A stretch of DNA of 64,000 nucleotides, taken from assembly GCA_963555995.3 (NCBI GenBank), contig OY821641.1, positions 2,624,001 through 2,688,000 of the forward strand. The letters are read 5' to 3'. Under the pieces are notes generated by a model that saw only the letters and a list, made by a program, of their open reading frames with translations, was not told the DNA's origin and ran no database searches. Shown here one piece after another: positions 35,125 to 45,265 of this stretch. Both the position numbers and the translations under genes were made by a program. The stretch comes from Vicinamibacteria bacterium (GTDB taxonomy: Bacteria > Acidobacteriota > Vicinamibacteria > Marinacidobacterales > Marinacidobacteraceae). Within the stretch, counting starts at the first letter, position 1. Each line of letters begins with the position of its first letter.

Positions 35125-37185
35125 CTACTGCGGTTCGCCCAGATTTCTCGGCTCGGCTTCGACGAGCTTGACCGCCCAGAGGCCCGAGCTGTTGTCGGCG
35201 ATGTAGATGTGGCCCTTGTAGGGCTGCGGTCCCCAGACGAACGGGGTGTTCGGCTTGACGGTCTCGGGGTCGAAGGGGCGGAACATGGCGATCTCGCGGC
35301 CCTGCCGGTAGAGGTCGCCGCGCAGCTCGCCGGAGATGTCCACCACCCGCAGGCCGCCGTTGTAGTAGGCGATGTAGAGGATGTCGTCCTCGACCCAGAG
35401 GTTGTGGGTTCCCGCCTCGGGCACCTGGTAGCGGGCCACTTCCTGGGGGTTGTCCCATTCGTCCCATTCGAAGATGTGGATCCAGCCGGCGGCCCGGCGC
35501 GGCGCGCGCGGTCCCTCCATGAGCTGGTACGGGAACGCTTCGTCGCCGCCGATCATCAGGAACTTGCCGGTGGACTGGCTCCGATAGGGGTAGGCGGCGT
35601 GGTTCCAGCCGCTCGGGTAGGGGGTGCTGCCCAGCATGACCGGGTTGTTCGGCGCACCGCCCATGCCGCCGCCGCCCACGTCCACCGCCACGATCCCGTC
35701 GTTCCAGTTGGAGGAGTAGGCGATCCCGTCCGCCACCCACACGTCGTGGATGGAGTGGCCGGGGGTGTCCAGTTCGAAGCGTCCCACCCGGTAGGGGTTC
35801 GTGGGGTCCTCGGCGTTCAGGATGTCGTAGCGCCGGCCCGCCGAGAGCGCGTAGATGTGGTTCTCGGCGATGAAGACGTTGTGGACTCCGCCGCTGAGCT
35901 GGTCGTCGTAGCGGGCGATCACCTCGATGCCGTTCTGGAGGTCGCTGACATCGAGGATCACGAGGCCGTTCTTCCGGTTCGATGCGCCCTCCCGGCTGAT
36001 CACGCAGAACCTGCCGTCCTCCGAGACCTTCACGTCGTTGACTGTCCGGGCGTCCACCCGCACCGTGTCAATCAGCGCGATCGCGGACGGGTCGGTGACG
36101 TCCCAGAAGTAGGCGTGGCCGTCGGCGCTGTGGGTGCCGGTCACGGCGTAGTCCCGGCCGTCGGTGCCCTCCCAGACCCAGAGGTCGGAGGTGCGCCGGT
36201 CGCGGACCGGGCCCCGTCCCACGACCTCGACGTCCTTCCGCACGTTCCGGGAGACGACGGCGACGGTCGCGCTCGCCGAGTTCGTGAACCCGTCCACGAT
36301 CACCGTGTGGGTTCCCGGCCGCTCCGCCACGAAGGCGCCCGCGTCGTCCACCTGGCCGATGGCGCCGGGCGCCACGATCCCGTCCGCCGGGATCCCGAAG
36401 GTGGCGAACTGCACCGGGTAGTCGGGCACCGCGTTCCCGGCGGCGTCGCTGACCTTCGCCTCGAAGAACACCACGTCGCCGGTCCGCACCGGCTCGTCCG
36501 GCGTCCCGCTCAACGTGATCGAGGCGACCGGGTTCGCGAGCACCTCGATCGCCGTGTCGCTCGCGGCCTCCTCGGCGGAGACCGTCAGCGTCGTCCGCCC
36601 GGCGCTCACCAGGGTGAGCACGCCGAGGGGGTCCACGCTCGCGACGGACGGGTCCGCGCTGCTCCAGCCGACCTCGACATCGTGCCGGACGGCCCCGGAG
36701 GTGTCCGTGACGGTCGAGCGCAGGCCGACCTCGGTCCCGGCGTAGAGGTGGCCCGGCAGGTTGGCGACCTCAACGGTCGCCACCGGCGGGTTCGGGATGG
36801 TCACCGGGATCTCCACCATGACCGCGGGCTCGGCCCGCCGGTGGAGGTCCTCCGGGTCCTTCGGCACCATGGCGATCAGGACGTGCTCGCCGGGGCGATA
36901 CGCCTCCACGATCCCCGCGGGGTTGACCCCGACCGACCGGCGGCGGCGCGAGTAGAAGACCACCGTGCGGTCCATGACGTTGCCGTCGCTGTCCCGGACC
37001 TCGGCCTCGAGGGTCAGCGAGTCGCCGACCTCGAGTTCGAGCTCGGACGGGGTGACGATCAGTTCGGCGGGCTGCGGGACTTCCTCCGCGTCCGCCTCTT
37101 CCTGGGCGAGCGCGAGCCCCGGGGCCAGCGCGAGGGCAAGACCGAACGCGATCAGGAGCCGCGTCCACGGGTTCGAATGCTTCAT
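35125..37185 (-). CDS. Secreted Ig-like + LVIVD-repeat protein, paralog 3
   Basis: Start MKHSNPW after GGAGG; collinear with paralogs 1 and 2. Confidence 0.88.
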   Translation of the reverse strand: MKHSNPWTRLLIAFGLALALAPGLALAQEEADAEEVPQPAELIVTPSELELEVGDSLTLEAEVRDSDGNVMDRTVVFYSRRRRSVGVNPAGIVEAYRPGEHVLIAMVPKDPEDLHRRAEPAVMVEIPVTIPNPPVATVEVANLPGHLYAGTEVGLRSTVTDTSGAVRHDVEVGWSSADPSVASVDPLGVLTLVSAGRTTLTVSAEEAASDTAIEVLANPVASITLSGTPDEPVRTGDVVFFEAKVSDAAGNAVPDYPVQFATFGIPADGIVAPGAIGQVDDAGAFVAERPGTHTVIVDGFTNSASATVAVVSRNVRKDVEVVGRGPVRDRRTSDLWVWEGTDGRDYAVTGTHSADGHAYFWDVTDPSAIALIDTVRVDARTVNDVKVSEDGRFCVISREGASNRKNGLVILDVSDLQNGIEVIARYDDQLSGGVHNVFIAENHIYALSAGRRYDILNAEDPTNPYRVGRFELDTPGHSIHDVWVADGIAYSSNWNDGIVAVDVGGGGMGGAPNNPVMLGSTPYPSGWNHAAYPYRSQSTGKFLMIGGDEAFPYQLMEGPRAPRRAAGWIHIFEWDEWDNPQEVARYQVPEAGTHNLWVEDDILYIAYYNGGLRVVDISGELRGDLYRQGREIAMFRPFDPETVKPNTPFVWGPQPYKGHIYIADNSSGLWAVKLVEAEPRNLGEPQ

Positions 37186-37211
37186 CGTCAGTCCCTCCGC
37201 AGTCACGAGCC

Positions 37212-38336
37212 TCACGGCTCGCCCTTCCAGTAGATGATGCCGCCGGCCTGCTTGCCGACGTCGATCTCGGAGACGCGCTGGGCGGTGGCGATGTCATAGA
37301 CCTCGACCGTCCCCGGCTCGCCGCCGACCCCTTCGAGGGTCACGATCGCGTAGCGGTCGTCGTCCGAGACCACCACGCCGTGCGGCACCCGCCGCGTGGT
37401 CTCCGGCGCGGCGATCAGCTCGCCGCTCTCCAGATCCCAGAAGCCGATCTTCTTGCCGGACTTGTAGGTGGCGACCAGCGTGCCGCCGTCCGAGGTGAGC
37501 TCCAGGTTGTACGGGTTCTCGCCCGGTCCGGCGTCGAACCGCCGGGAGACCTCCCAGCCCTCGAGGTCCACCTCGTAGATGGCGCTGTCACCGTTCCCGG
37601 CCACGTACACCTTGCCGGAAGGAGACGGCTTCGTGGCCCAGGTCGGCTTCACCACCGGCGCGCGCATGCCGCCCATGTCGCCGTGGTCCATCCCGGCGTG
37701 TCCGGCGTGCGGGTCGGTCCCGAGGTAGAGGCGCCGGGCGATCTCGAAGCGCATGGCGTCCACCTCGACCAGCTCGTCGTCCATCATGTTGACCGAGTAG
37801 AGCCGGTCGCCCTCTCCGTTCATCCGCGCCCCGTGCGGCATGACCCCGGTGTCAATGGTGGCCACCTCGATCATGGTCCCGGTCTCCACCACCGAGATGG
37901 TGCTCGGCACGTGGTCGCCGTGGAGGTTGAAGTTGACGACGTAGAGCAGCCCGGTGCTCGGCGAGACGTCCATCGTCGCCGGGAACATGCCGAGGGTGGC
38001 GTCCCCGAGCCACTCGTTGGTCCCGGTCTCGTACTTGTGCACCGCGCCGAACGGCATGCCGTGGGCGATCGAGAGGAACCAGTGGCGCCCGTCGGGCGAG
38101 ATGTTGATGCCGTGCGGGCCCTCGGTCTCCGTCGGGAAGCTGCCGACGGTGATCTCGTCGAGCTCCTCGAAGCCGCTCGGGCCGTAGCGGAGCAGGTGGA
38201 CGGTGTCATCCGACTCGGCGCAGACATAGACGAAGTAGTTGCGCCGGGGCGGCTGGGGATCTTCGGCGGCCGCCAGCGGGGCGAGAGCGAGCCCCAGCAG
38301 GACGGACGCCGCCAGGAAGCGGGAGCGGGAAGACAT
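37212..38336 (-). CDS. Secreted YncE/YVTN-like beta-propeller protein
   Basis: Signal MSSRSRFLAASVLLGLALAPLAAA; EGPHGINISPDG, MPHG, VPHGVVVS; His/Met loop HAGHAGMDHGDMGGM; TGATG coupling to paralog 4. Confidence 0.85.
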   Translation of the reverse strand: MSSRSRFLAASVLLGLALAPLAAAEDPQPPRRNYFVYVCAESDDTVHLLRYGPSGFEELDEITVGSFPTETEGPHGINISPDGRHWFLSIAHGMPFGAVHKYETGTNEWLGDATLGMFPATMDVSPSTGLLYVVNFNLHGDHVPSTISVVETGTMIEVATIDTGVMPHGARMNGEGDRLYSVNMMDDELVEVDAMRFEIARRLYLGTDPHAGHAGMDHGDMGGMRAPVVKPTWATKPSPSGKVYVAGNGDSAIYEVDLEGWEVSRRFDAGPGENPYNLELTSDGGTLVATYKSGKKIGFWDLESGELIAAPETTRRVPHGVVVSDDDRYAIVTLEGVGGEPGTVEVYDIATAQRVSEIDVGKQAGGIIYWKGEP

Positions 38337-40390
38337 CAGTTCGGTTCCCCCATGTTGCGCGGGGTCTCGGGATCCACGAGCCGGACGGCCCAGAGGCCCG
38401 AGTTGAAGTCGGTGAAGAAGATGGTGCCCTTGAAGGGCTGCGGGCCCCAGACGAACGGGGCGTTGGGCTTGAAGCCGTCGGGATCGGCGGGCTCGAAGAA
38501 GGAGATCTCGCGGCCCTGCTGGTAGAGGTCGCCGCGCAGCTCGCCGGAGACGTCCACCACCCGGAGGCCGCCGTTGTAGTAGCCGACATACATGATGTCG
38601 TCCTCGATCCAGAGGTTGTGGGTGCCGGCCTCGGGCACCTGGTAGCGGGCGACCTCGCGGCCGACCCCGCCGTCCTCGTCCCACTCGGCGATGTGGACCC
38701 AGCCGGCGGCCCGGTCCGGAAGCTTGCCCTCCGGGTCGAAGCCCCAGGGGAAGTTCTCGTCGCCGGCGAAGACCAGCATCTTCCCGGTGGACTGGCTCCG
38801 GTAGGGGAAGCCGGCGTGGTTCCAGCCGTTCGGATACTTGAAGCTGCCCATCATCACGGGGTTGTTCGGGGCGCCGCCCTTGCCGCCGCCGCCGATGTCC
38901 ACCGCGACCACCCCGTCGGTCCAGTTCGAGGACCAGGCGACCCCGTCCTGCACCCAGACGTCGTGGATCCCGTGGCCGGGGGTGTCCAGTTCGAAACGGC
39001 CCACCCGGTAGGGGTTCTCCGGGTCCTCGGCGTTCAGGATGTCGTAGCGCCGCCCGGCGGACAGCGCCAGGATGTGGTTCTCGGCCACGAAGGTGTTGTG
39101 GACCCCGCCCGTCATCTGGTCGTCGTAGCGGGCGATAATCTTCACCCCGTCGGTGGGGTTCGCCACGTCGAGGACCACCAGCCCGTTCCGCCGGTTCGAG
39201 GCCCCTTCCCGGCTGATCACCGCGAACTTGCCGTCCGGCGAGACCTTCACGTCGTTCACGGTGCGGGCGTCCACCCGCACGGTGTCCACGAGGTGGATGC
39301 TCGACGGGTCGGTCACGTCCCAGAAGTAGGCGTGCCCGTCGGCGCCCCAGGTCCCGGTGATGGCGTAGTCGCGGCCGTCGAGGCCCTCCCAGACCCACAG
39401 GTCCGAGGTGTGCCGGTCGCGCACCGGACCCCGGCCCACGATCTCCCAGTCCTTCTTGATGTTGCGGCCGACCGCGCGGATCGTCTCCCGCGCGGTGAGC
39501 GAGCCCCCGGAGGCCACCACGGTGTGGAGGCCCGGCCGCTCGGCGACGAAGGCGCCGTCCGGCTCCACGAAGGCGGCCGCGCCCGGCGCCACCAGGGTGT
39601 CCGGGGTGCGGGTGGAGACCGCGTACTGGATCGGGAAGTCCGGGACCGCGTTGCCGCCGGCGTCGAGGGCGCGGGCCTCGAACCAGACCACGTCCCCGGT
39701 GCGGACCTCCTCCTCGGCCGCGGAGACCTCGAGGCGGACCGCCGGATTGGCGTTCACCCGGACCGTCGCGTCCCCGCTGGCGGACTCGGCGCTCGCGGAG
39801 ATCGTCGCCGACCCCTCGCCGTGCAGCATGAGCACGCCGTGGGGACTGACCGTCGCCACGCCGGAATCGCTCGACGACCACTGGAAGTCGGGCTTGCGCT
39901 CGGCGCCGGAGGTGTCCGTCGCGGTGGCGGTGACCCGCAGCGAGGTCCCGGCGTAGAGGTTCCCCGGCAGCGCCCCGATCGCGACGCTCGCGAGCGGCGG
40001 CCACGGCACCGTCACCGGGATCTCGATCATCAGCGCCGGCTCGGCCCGCCGGTCCATGGCTTCCGGATCCGCCGGGACCATTGCGATCAGGGTGTGCTCC
40101 CCCGGACGGTGGGCTTCCACCATCCCCGCCGGGTTCACCCCCACGTAGCGCCGGGCCCGCGAGAAGAACACCACGCCCCTTTCGAGCGTGTTGCCCGCCG
40201 CATCCCTGACGGTCGCGGTGAGCTCCGCGGTCGTCCCGACCTCGAGCGTCAACTCCGGCGGATCCACCACGAGTTCCGCCGGATCCTGCGCCGCAGCGGA
40301 CCCGGCGAGCAACGCGCCGGCGAACGCCAGCGCCACAAAACGGAAGAGCCGGCCGCGATCACCGCCGGCGGAATTACGAGTCTTGACCAT
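38336..40390 (-). CDS. Secreted Ig-like + LVIVD-repeat protein, paralog 4 (most divergent)
   Basis: Same architecture and His motifs; start MVKTRN. Confidence 0.85.
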   Translation of the reverse strand: MVKTRNSAGGDRGRLFRFVALAFAGALLAGSAAAQDPAELVVDPPELTLEVGTTAELTATVRDAAGNTLERGVVFFSRARRYVGVNPAGMVEAHRPGEHTLIAMVPADPEAMDRRAEPALMIEIPVTVPWPPLASVAIGALPGNLYAGTSLRVTATATDTSGAERKPDFQWSSSDSGVATVSPHGVLMLHGEGSATISASAESASGDATVRVNANPAVRLEVSAAEEEVRTGDVVWFEARALDAGGNAVPDFPIQYAVSTRTPDTLVAPGAAAFVEPDGAFVAERPGLHTVVASGGSLTARETIRAVGRNIKKDWEIVGRGPVRDRHTSDLWVWEGLDGRDYAITGTWGADGHAYFWDVTDPSSIHLVDTVRVDARTVNDVKVSPDGKFAVISREGASNRRNGLVVLDVANPTDGVKIIARYDDQMTGGVHNTFVAENHILALSAGRRYDILNAEDPENPYRVGRFELDTPGHGIHDVWVQDGVAWSSNWTDGVVAVDIGGGGKGGAPNNPVMMGSFKYPNGWNHAGFPYRSQSTGKMLVFAGDENFPWGFDPEGKLPDRAAGWVHIAEWDEDGGVGREVARYQVPEAGTHNLWIEDDIMYVGYYNGGLRVVDVSGELRGDLYQQGREISFFEPADPDGFKPNAPFVWGPQPFKGTIFFTDFNSGLWAVRLVDPETPRNMGEPN

Positions 40391-40446
40391 GACTGTGGAG
40401 GAACCTCCTGACACCTGCCTCGCTGGGCAACCCGCGATTGTAGTCT

Positions 40447-40472
40447 GGGAGCGCCGGTGTTCACACCGGCAC
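40447..40472 (+). repeat. REP-like palindrome (single, GTGT/ACAC variant)
   Basis: GGGAGCGCCGGTGTTCACACCGGCAC. Confidence 0.8.
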
Positions 40473-40569
40473 CGCGGCCCGCAGGGCCGCGAACTACGCA
40501 CCGCCGATCGGGAACAAGCGCACCCACATCAGGCCCACCCCAGAGGGGAGAGACTGCTACGCTGGCGCC

Positions 40570-41721
40570 GTGGAGTCAGCGCGGGCCAATCCGTTCCAGC
40601 CCGGACGCGGCGTCGCGCCTCCGGTGATCGCGGGCCGGGATGTCGAGCTGGACCGCGCGGAGAAGCTCCTCGACGGCCTGCTGGCGCGGCGGATGCCGTC
40701 GCGGGACCTGCTCTTCTACGGGCCGCGCGGGAACGGCAAGACCACGCTGCTCATCGAGATCCAGCGGCGCGCGCGGGAGCGGGGCCTCCGGGCCGAACGG
40801 CTGCCGGTGACGAGCCTGACCGCGGAGGCCCGATTGATCCAGGAACTCCAGGGGCGGGCCGGGCTTCGGGGCGCCCGGGTGACGGGAGCCCAGGTCGCGG
40901 GTTTCGGGGTGGACGTGGAACCCGGGGCGGCGACCGAGAACCTGGACGACCTCCTCGCCCGCTGGATCGGAGCGGAGGCGGCGCCGCTGGTCGTCGTGCT
41001 CGACGAGGCGCAGGCGCTCGTCCCGGACGTGGCGCGCCCGTTCTTCGAAGCGGTCCAGGCCGCGAAGGCGGAGGCGACGCCATTCCTGCTGCTGGCGGCC
41101 GGAACTCCGGACGCGCCGCGCCGTATCCGCGAAGCGGCGACGTTCAACGAGCGCGGCTTCGTCGAGATTTCGATCGGACGGCTGGAGCGCCCCGACACGG
41201 TGATGGCGCTGGCCGAGCCCGCCTTGCGTTCCGGGACGCCGATGAGTGAGGCCGCAGCGGCGACACTGGCGGGAGCCTCGCAGGATTACCCGTACTTCAT
41301 CCAGTTGCTTGGCAGCGCCGCCTGGGACGCCGCCGCCGAGGGCGGCGTCCGGCAGATCGGCGGGAACGAAGCCCAGCGGGGCATCCGGACGTTCCAGAAC
41401 GAGGCCGAGCGGTTCTACGAGGAGCGCTACGACGAAGCGCGGCGGCGGCGGATCGCCCCGGCCCTCAAGCCACTCGCGAGCCGATTCGTGAGCCGCGGCG
41501 GCCAGCTCGGCAGTTCGGAGTTCACCGACCTCGTGGACGAGATGGCGCGGGCGCACGCTCTCCCGTTCGACGGATTGGCGCTCGAGAACGAACTCGTGGA
41601 TCTCGGCATCGTGTGGCGGGTGGCCTCCGGAGTCTGGGAATTGGGCATTCCGAGCTTCGGCCAGCACGTTCTCGACCGCAGGGAACCGGGCGCCGAGAGC
41701 GGGAACGTCGGCGGCTTGTAA
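40570..41721 (+). CDS. P-loop ATP-binding protein (AAA_16-like), paralog B
   Basis: NPFQPG, LFYGPRGNGKT, VLDEAQ, YPYFIQLLG, WELGIPSF; collinear with 29951-31087. Confidence 0.85.
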   Translation: MESARANPFQPGRGVAPPVIAGRDVELDRAEKLLDGLLARRMPSRDLLFYGPRGNGKTTLLIEIQRRARERGLRAERLPVTSLTAEARLIQELQGRAGLRGARVTGAQVAGFGVDVEPGAATENLDDLLARWIGAEAAPLVVVLDEAQALVPDVARPFFEAVQAAKAEATPFLLLAAGTPDAPRRIREAATFNERGFVEISIGRLERPDTVMALAEPALRSGTPMSEAAAATLAGASQDYPYFIQLLGSAAWDAAAEGGVRQIGGNEAQRGIRTFQNEAERFYEERYDEARRRRIAPALKPLASRFVSRGGQLGSSEFTDLVDEMARAHALPFDGLALENELVDLGIVWRVASGVWELGIPSFGQHVLDRREPGAESGNVGGL

Positions 41722-41818
41722 GCCCCGGACCTGATCCACGGCAGCGGGAGGTGCGGCGCGCCGCCCGGCAGCGCGGCGAAACCGCGTACGGCCCGCCGCG
41801 CGGAGGCACGGACGGCTT

Positions 41819-41974
41819 GGAACGCCGGCTTCAGCCGGCACCCGCTGCGCGAAGCGCAGCGCGCGGCACAACGCTGACCTGCCCGATAGCGCTCAGCTTG
41901 CGGGACATGGCTGCGAACAACGATACGACGTCCGCGGGCCTTCGGCCCGCGGTGCCGGCTGAAGCCGGCGTTCC
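41819..41974. repeat. REPIN-like doublet (TTCA-loop ends, spacer S1)
   Basis: GGAACGCCGGCTTCAGCCGGCAC and reverse complement. Confidence 0.85.
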
Positions 41975-42093
41975 AAGCCGGCGGCGCCTTCACGGCTGTT
42001 GGCGGACCCGCGGGACTGCATTGCACGGCGGCGCGTCGCGACAGTCCGCGCCCTCAAGGCGCGCGAGGGCTGAAACGACGTCCTGGACGAGCC

Positions 42094-43146
42094 CTACCAG
42101 ATGTCGCCGACCGTGAACCCTTCGGGGAAGGGGTCCGAGGGGTCCACCGAGTACTGGGCCGTCCCGGTGATCCAGGCGGTTCCGCTGATCGTGGGCACCA
42201 CCGCCGGAACCCCGCCGACGGTGGTCTTGCGGATGAGCCGGCCGATGAACTCGGTGCCCACCGGGCCGGAATGCCGGAAGTCCTGGCCGATCCCGAGCAG
42301 GTCGCGCGCGTGGAGCGCCGCCATCCGGGCCGAGGTGCCCGTGCCGCACGGCGAGCGGTCGAGCGCGCCGGTCCAGGTCTCGGGGCGGTCCCAGTCGAGG
42401 TCGCCCACGGCCACCGAGACCGCGTTCGCGGCGGTCCGCGTCTCCGGGTCGTAGGGACCGGTGAGCTGGCCGATGCTGGCCTGCCGGATCTCGGGGTTCT
42501 CCGGATGCACCGCCTCGAGCTGTTCGCGCGCCGCCTGCTTCACCATCGCCCCCACCCGCGCCAGTTCGCGCCCGTGCTCCGGGGTGATCCGCAGTCCGAA
42601 GCGGGCCGCGTCGGCGATCGCGTAGAACATCCCGCCCCAGGAGACGTCCACCTCCACCTCCCCGAAGGTGGGGATCTCGACCTTCGCCCCCAGGTGGACC
42701 GGGAAGGCGGGCACGTTCTCGAAGGTCACCCGGGTGACCTTGCCCCCCTTGACCCGGGCCTGCACCTGGATGAGCCCCGCGGGAGTGTCCAGCGTGAGTT
42801 CCGTGACGGGCTCCACGGCCGCCACCATGCCGGTCTCGATGAGCGCGGTGGTCGTGCAGATGGTGTTCGTCCCCGACATCGGCGGGTACTCGGTCTGCTC
42901 CATGATCACGAACCCCGCGTCGGCGTCGGGGTGCGTCGGAGGCAGCACCAGGTTGCAGTTCGCGGCCGGGTATCCACGGGGTTCCCGGAGCATGAGCTTC
43001 CTGAGGCCGTCGGCGTGGCGCTCCAGGTACTGCATCTTGCGGAACATGGTCTCGCCCGGCACGTCCAGGACGCCCCCGACGATGACCCGCCCGGGCTCGC
43101 CGGCGGCGTGCAGGTCCACCGCCTGGATGAGTCGCCTTGAGCGCAT
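42094..43146 (-). CDS. Proline racemase superfamily protein (Ser/Cys type)
   Basis: VDLHAAGEPGRV, EPRG, PMSGTNT, DRSPCGTGTSA. Confidence 0.9.
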   Translation of the reverse strand: MRSRRLIQAVDLHAAGEPGRVIVGGVLDVPGETMFRKMQYLERHADGLRKLMLREPRGYPAANCNLVLPPTHPDADAGFVIMEQTEYPPMSGTNTICTTTALIETGMVAAVEPVTELTLDTPAGLIQVQARVKGGKVTRVTFENVPAFPVHLGAKVEIPTFGEVEVDVSWGGMFYAIADAARFGLRITPEHGRELARVGAMVKQAAREQLEAVHPENPEIRQASIGQLTGPYDPETRTAANAVSVAVGDLDWDRPETWTGALDRSPCGTGTSARMAALHARDLLGIGQDFRHSGPVGTEFIGRLIRKTTVGGVPAVVPTISGTAWITGTAQYSVDPSDPFPEGFTVGDIW

Positions 43147-43148
43147 CG

Positions 43149-44780
43149 TTATCTCCTGTGCGGGGTCTCCTCGACCACGAGGAACTCTCCAGCTTCGTCC
43201 AGCGGAACCCTCTGTTCGGCCCCCGTCGGCCAGCGCACCCTAACCGAGTCGGGGACGCCGGGCAGCAGCCCGATCCACACCTCCCGGGCGCCGGACGACA
43301 GGTAGCTCGACCCGGCGGTGACCACCGACCGGCTCGGTTGCCCGCCCCGCTCCACCACCACCTCGGCGCCGACCCCGTCGCGGTTGGAGGCCCGTCCCAC
43401 CAGCCGCAGCACCGCCCGGGGAGCGGGAGCACCGCCGTTCCGGAGCAGCGCGGGGGTTCCGCCGGAGCGGGAGACCGCGAGATCGAGGAGGCCGTCCCGG
43501 TCGAAATCAATCGTCACCAGGCCCCGGCCGACCGCCGGGGGCAGGTCCAGCGCCACCAGCTCGAACGAACCGCCCAGATTGCGGAAACAGACGTCCCGCT
43601 GGCGGTAGTCCGTTCCGGGAAAGAGGACCGGCGCGTTGTCGAGGACGTGGCCGTTGGTCACGCAGAGGTCGGGCGCGCCGTCGCCATTGAGGTCGGCGAA
43701 GACGGCCCCGAAGCCCAGCCAGGCGAGCGACGGCCGCCCCACCCCGGAAAGGAAGGAGACGTCCCGGAACACGCCGTGCCGGTCCGACACGTAGAGGTTG
43801 TTCGCCTCGCCCTGGAAGTTCGTGACGAACAGGTCGAGGTCCCCGTCGGACTCGATGTCCGCCGCCGCGACGCCCATGCCGGCGAGCGCGTTCCCGTCGC
43901 CGTCGTAGGCGACGCCCGCCGGGAGTCCCCGTTCGCGGAACCGCAGCCCGCCGAGGTTCTCGAAGAGGAAGTTGGGCACCGTGTCGTTCGCCACGTAGAG
44001 GTCGGGCAGCGCGTCGCCGATCAGGTCGGCGGCAAGGACGCCGAGCCCCTTGCCGGTCCGGAGACCCACCCCGGCGGCCTCGGTCACGTCGGCGAACGAG
44101 CCGTCGCCGCGGTTCTCGTAGAGCAGGTCCGGCACCCCCGAGAAGGCGTCGGGCAGGCAGTAGGAGCGCACCGGCTCGCCGGCGATCGTCCGCGCGCACA
44201 CCGGGTTGTTCGCCGGGGACCAGTCGAGGTAGTGGGTGATGAAGAGATCGAGGTCGCCGTCCCCGTCGAGGTCGGAGAACGCGGCGCTCGCGCTCCAGCC
44301 TGCCGCGTCCAGGCCCGCGTCCCGGAGCCCGAAGGTCCCGTCGCCCCGGTTCTCGTAGAGCAGGTCCGTCCCCGCGCGAGTGATCAGCAAGTCGGCGTCC
44401 CCGTCGTTGTCAATGTCGGCAGCGACCGCACCCATCCCGTGCCCCTCCACCGGGGCCGGCGCTCCGAACCCGGCCATGTCACTCACGTCCCGAAAGCGCC
44501 CGCTCCCCTCGTTGCGGTAGAGCGTCCCCACGAGTCCCGGCGGCCGGCCCGTCCCCGGCACCTCCCCGCCCTGCACGAAGAACAGGTCGGGCGCCCCGTC
44601 CCCGTCGTAGTCGAGCACGGCCACCCCGGACCCCATCGTCTCCACCGGATGCCAGTCGCCCCGCGCTCCCCGGTCGTGCTGAAAGGAAATGCCGGCCTCC
44701 TCCGCGACGTCGCGCAGGACGATCTGACCAGCCTCAGACGAAGTTTGGAAGGACGCGAACACAAGCGCCACAACGGCCAT
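43149..44780 (-). CDS. CRTAC1-like FG-GAP repeat protein with ASPIC/UnbV domain
   Basis: ETMGSGVAVLDYDGDG, repeated D.D.DG..DL, LYENRGDGTF, SNRDGVGA.V, SYLS, VRWP.G. Start uncertain. Confidence 0.85.
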   Translation of the reverse strand: MAVVALVFASFQTSSEAGQIVLRDVAEEAGISFQHDRGARGDWHPVETMGSGVAVLDYDGDGAPDLFFVQGGEVPGTGRPPGLVGTLYRNEGSGRFRDVSDMAGFGAPAPVEGHGMGAVAADIDNDGDADLLITRAGTDLLYENRGDGTFGLRDAGLDAAGWSASAAFSDLDGDGDLDLFITHYLDWSPANNPVCARTIAGEPVRSYCLPDAFSGVPDLLYENRGDGSFADVTEAAGVGLRTGKGLGVLAADLIGDALPDLYVANDTVPNFLFENLGGLRFRERGLPAGVAYDGDGNALAGMGVAAADIESDGDLDLFVTNFQGEANNLYVSDRHGVFRDVSFLSGVGRPSLAWLGFGAVFADLNGDGAPDLCVTNGHVLDNAPVLFPGTDYRQRDVCFRNLGGSFELVALDLPPAVGRGLVTIDFDRDGLLDLAVSRSGGTPALLRNGGAPAPRAVLRLVGRASNRDGVGAEVVVERGGQPSRSVVTAGSSYLSSGAREVWIGLLPGVPDSVRVRWPTGAEQRVPLDEAGEFLVVEETPHRR

Positions 44781-44858
44781 GCCGGGCCGTTGCCGCGAGA
44801 ATGCCGTCCCGCCGTTCCTCCGCACGCCGCGTTGACAGCGCCGGCCATGAAAACGGCT

Positions 44859-45049
44859 GGGAGCGCCGGTCTTCAGACCGGCACCGTCCGCGCAGCGGGC
44901 GAAATTCGCGCGGTTAGATCGCCGTATGGCGTCGCGCCAATCTGTGTGGTGTTGCGCCATACGGCGTGGCGTTGCGTCGTCGAGCGAATCAGCGATGGGA
45001 GTTTCGTCCTTCTGCGGGGGACGATGCCGGTCTGAAGACCGGCGCTCCC
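44859..45049. repeat. REPIN-like doublet
   Basis: GGGAGCGCCGGTCTTCAGACCGGCA and reverse complement. Confidence 0.85.
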
Positions 45050-45265
45050 AGCCGACACCGCAGCCCCGACGGCCAGCGTCTCGCCGGAACTGCATTGTCA
45101 GCAACCGGGCCGGCCTCCAGCCGGCTTCGCACGGGAGCGCGAAACCAGCGTCGCTGACACCGTGCACTGCCAGCGTGGGTCCCGTGTGGTCTCTTGAATT
45201 CGGACAAGACCACGCACCGTTCCGACCACCGGGCGGCGAGACTCCGGACCGGAGGACGGGGAAAA

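Noticed and set aside
6040-40390. Diversity-generating retroelement acting on the LVIVD paralogs
   Set aside because: No reverse transcriptase is present, all copies are full-length ORFs, and the differences do not look adenine-specific.
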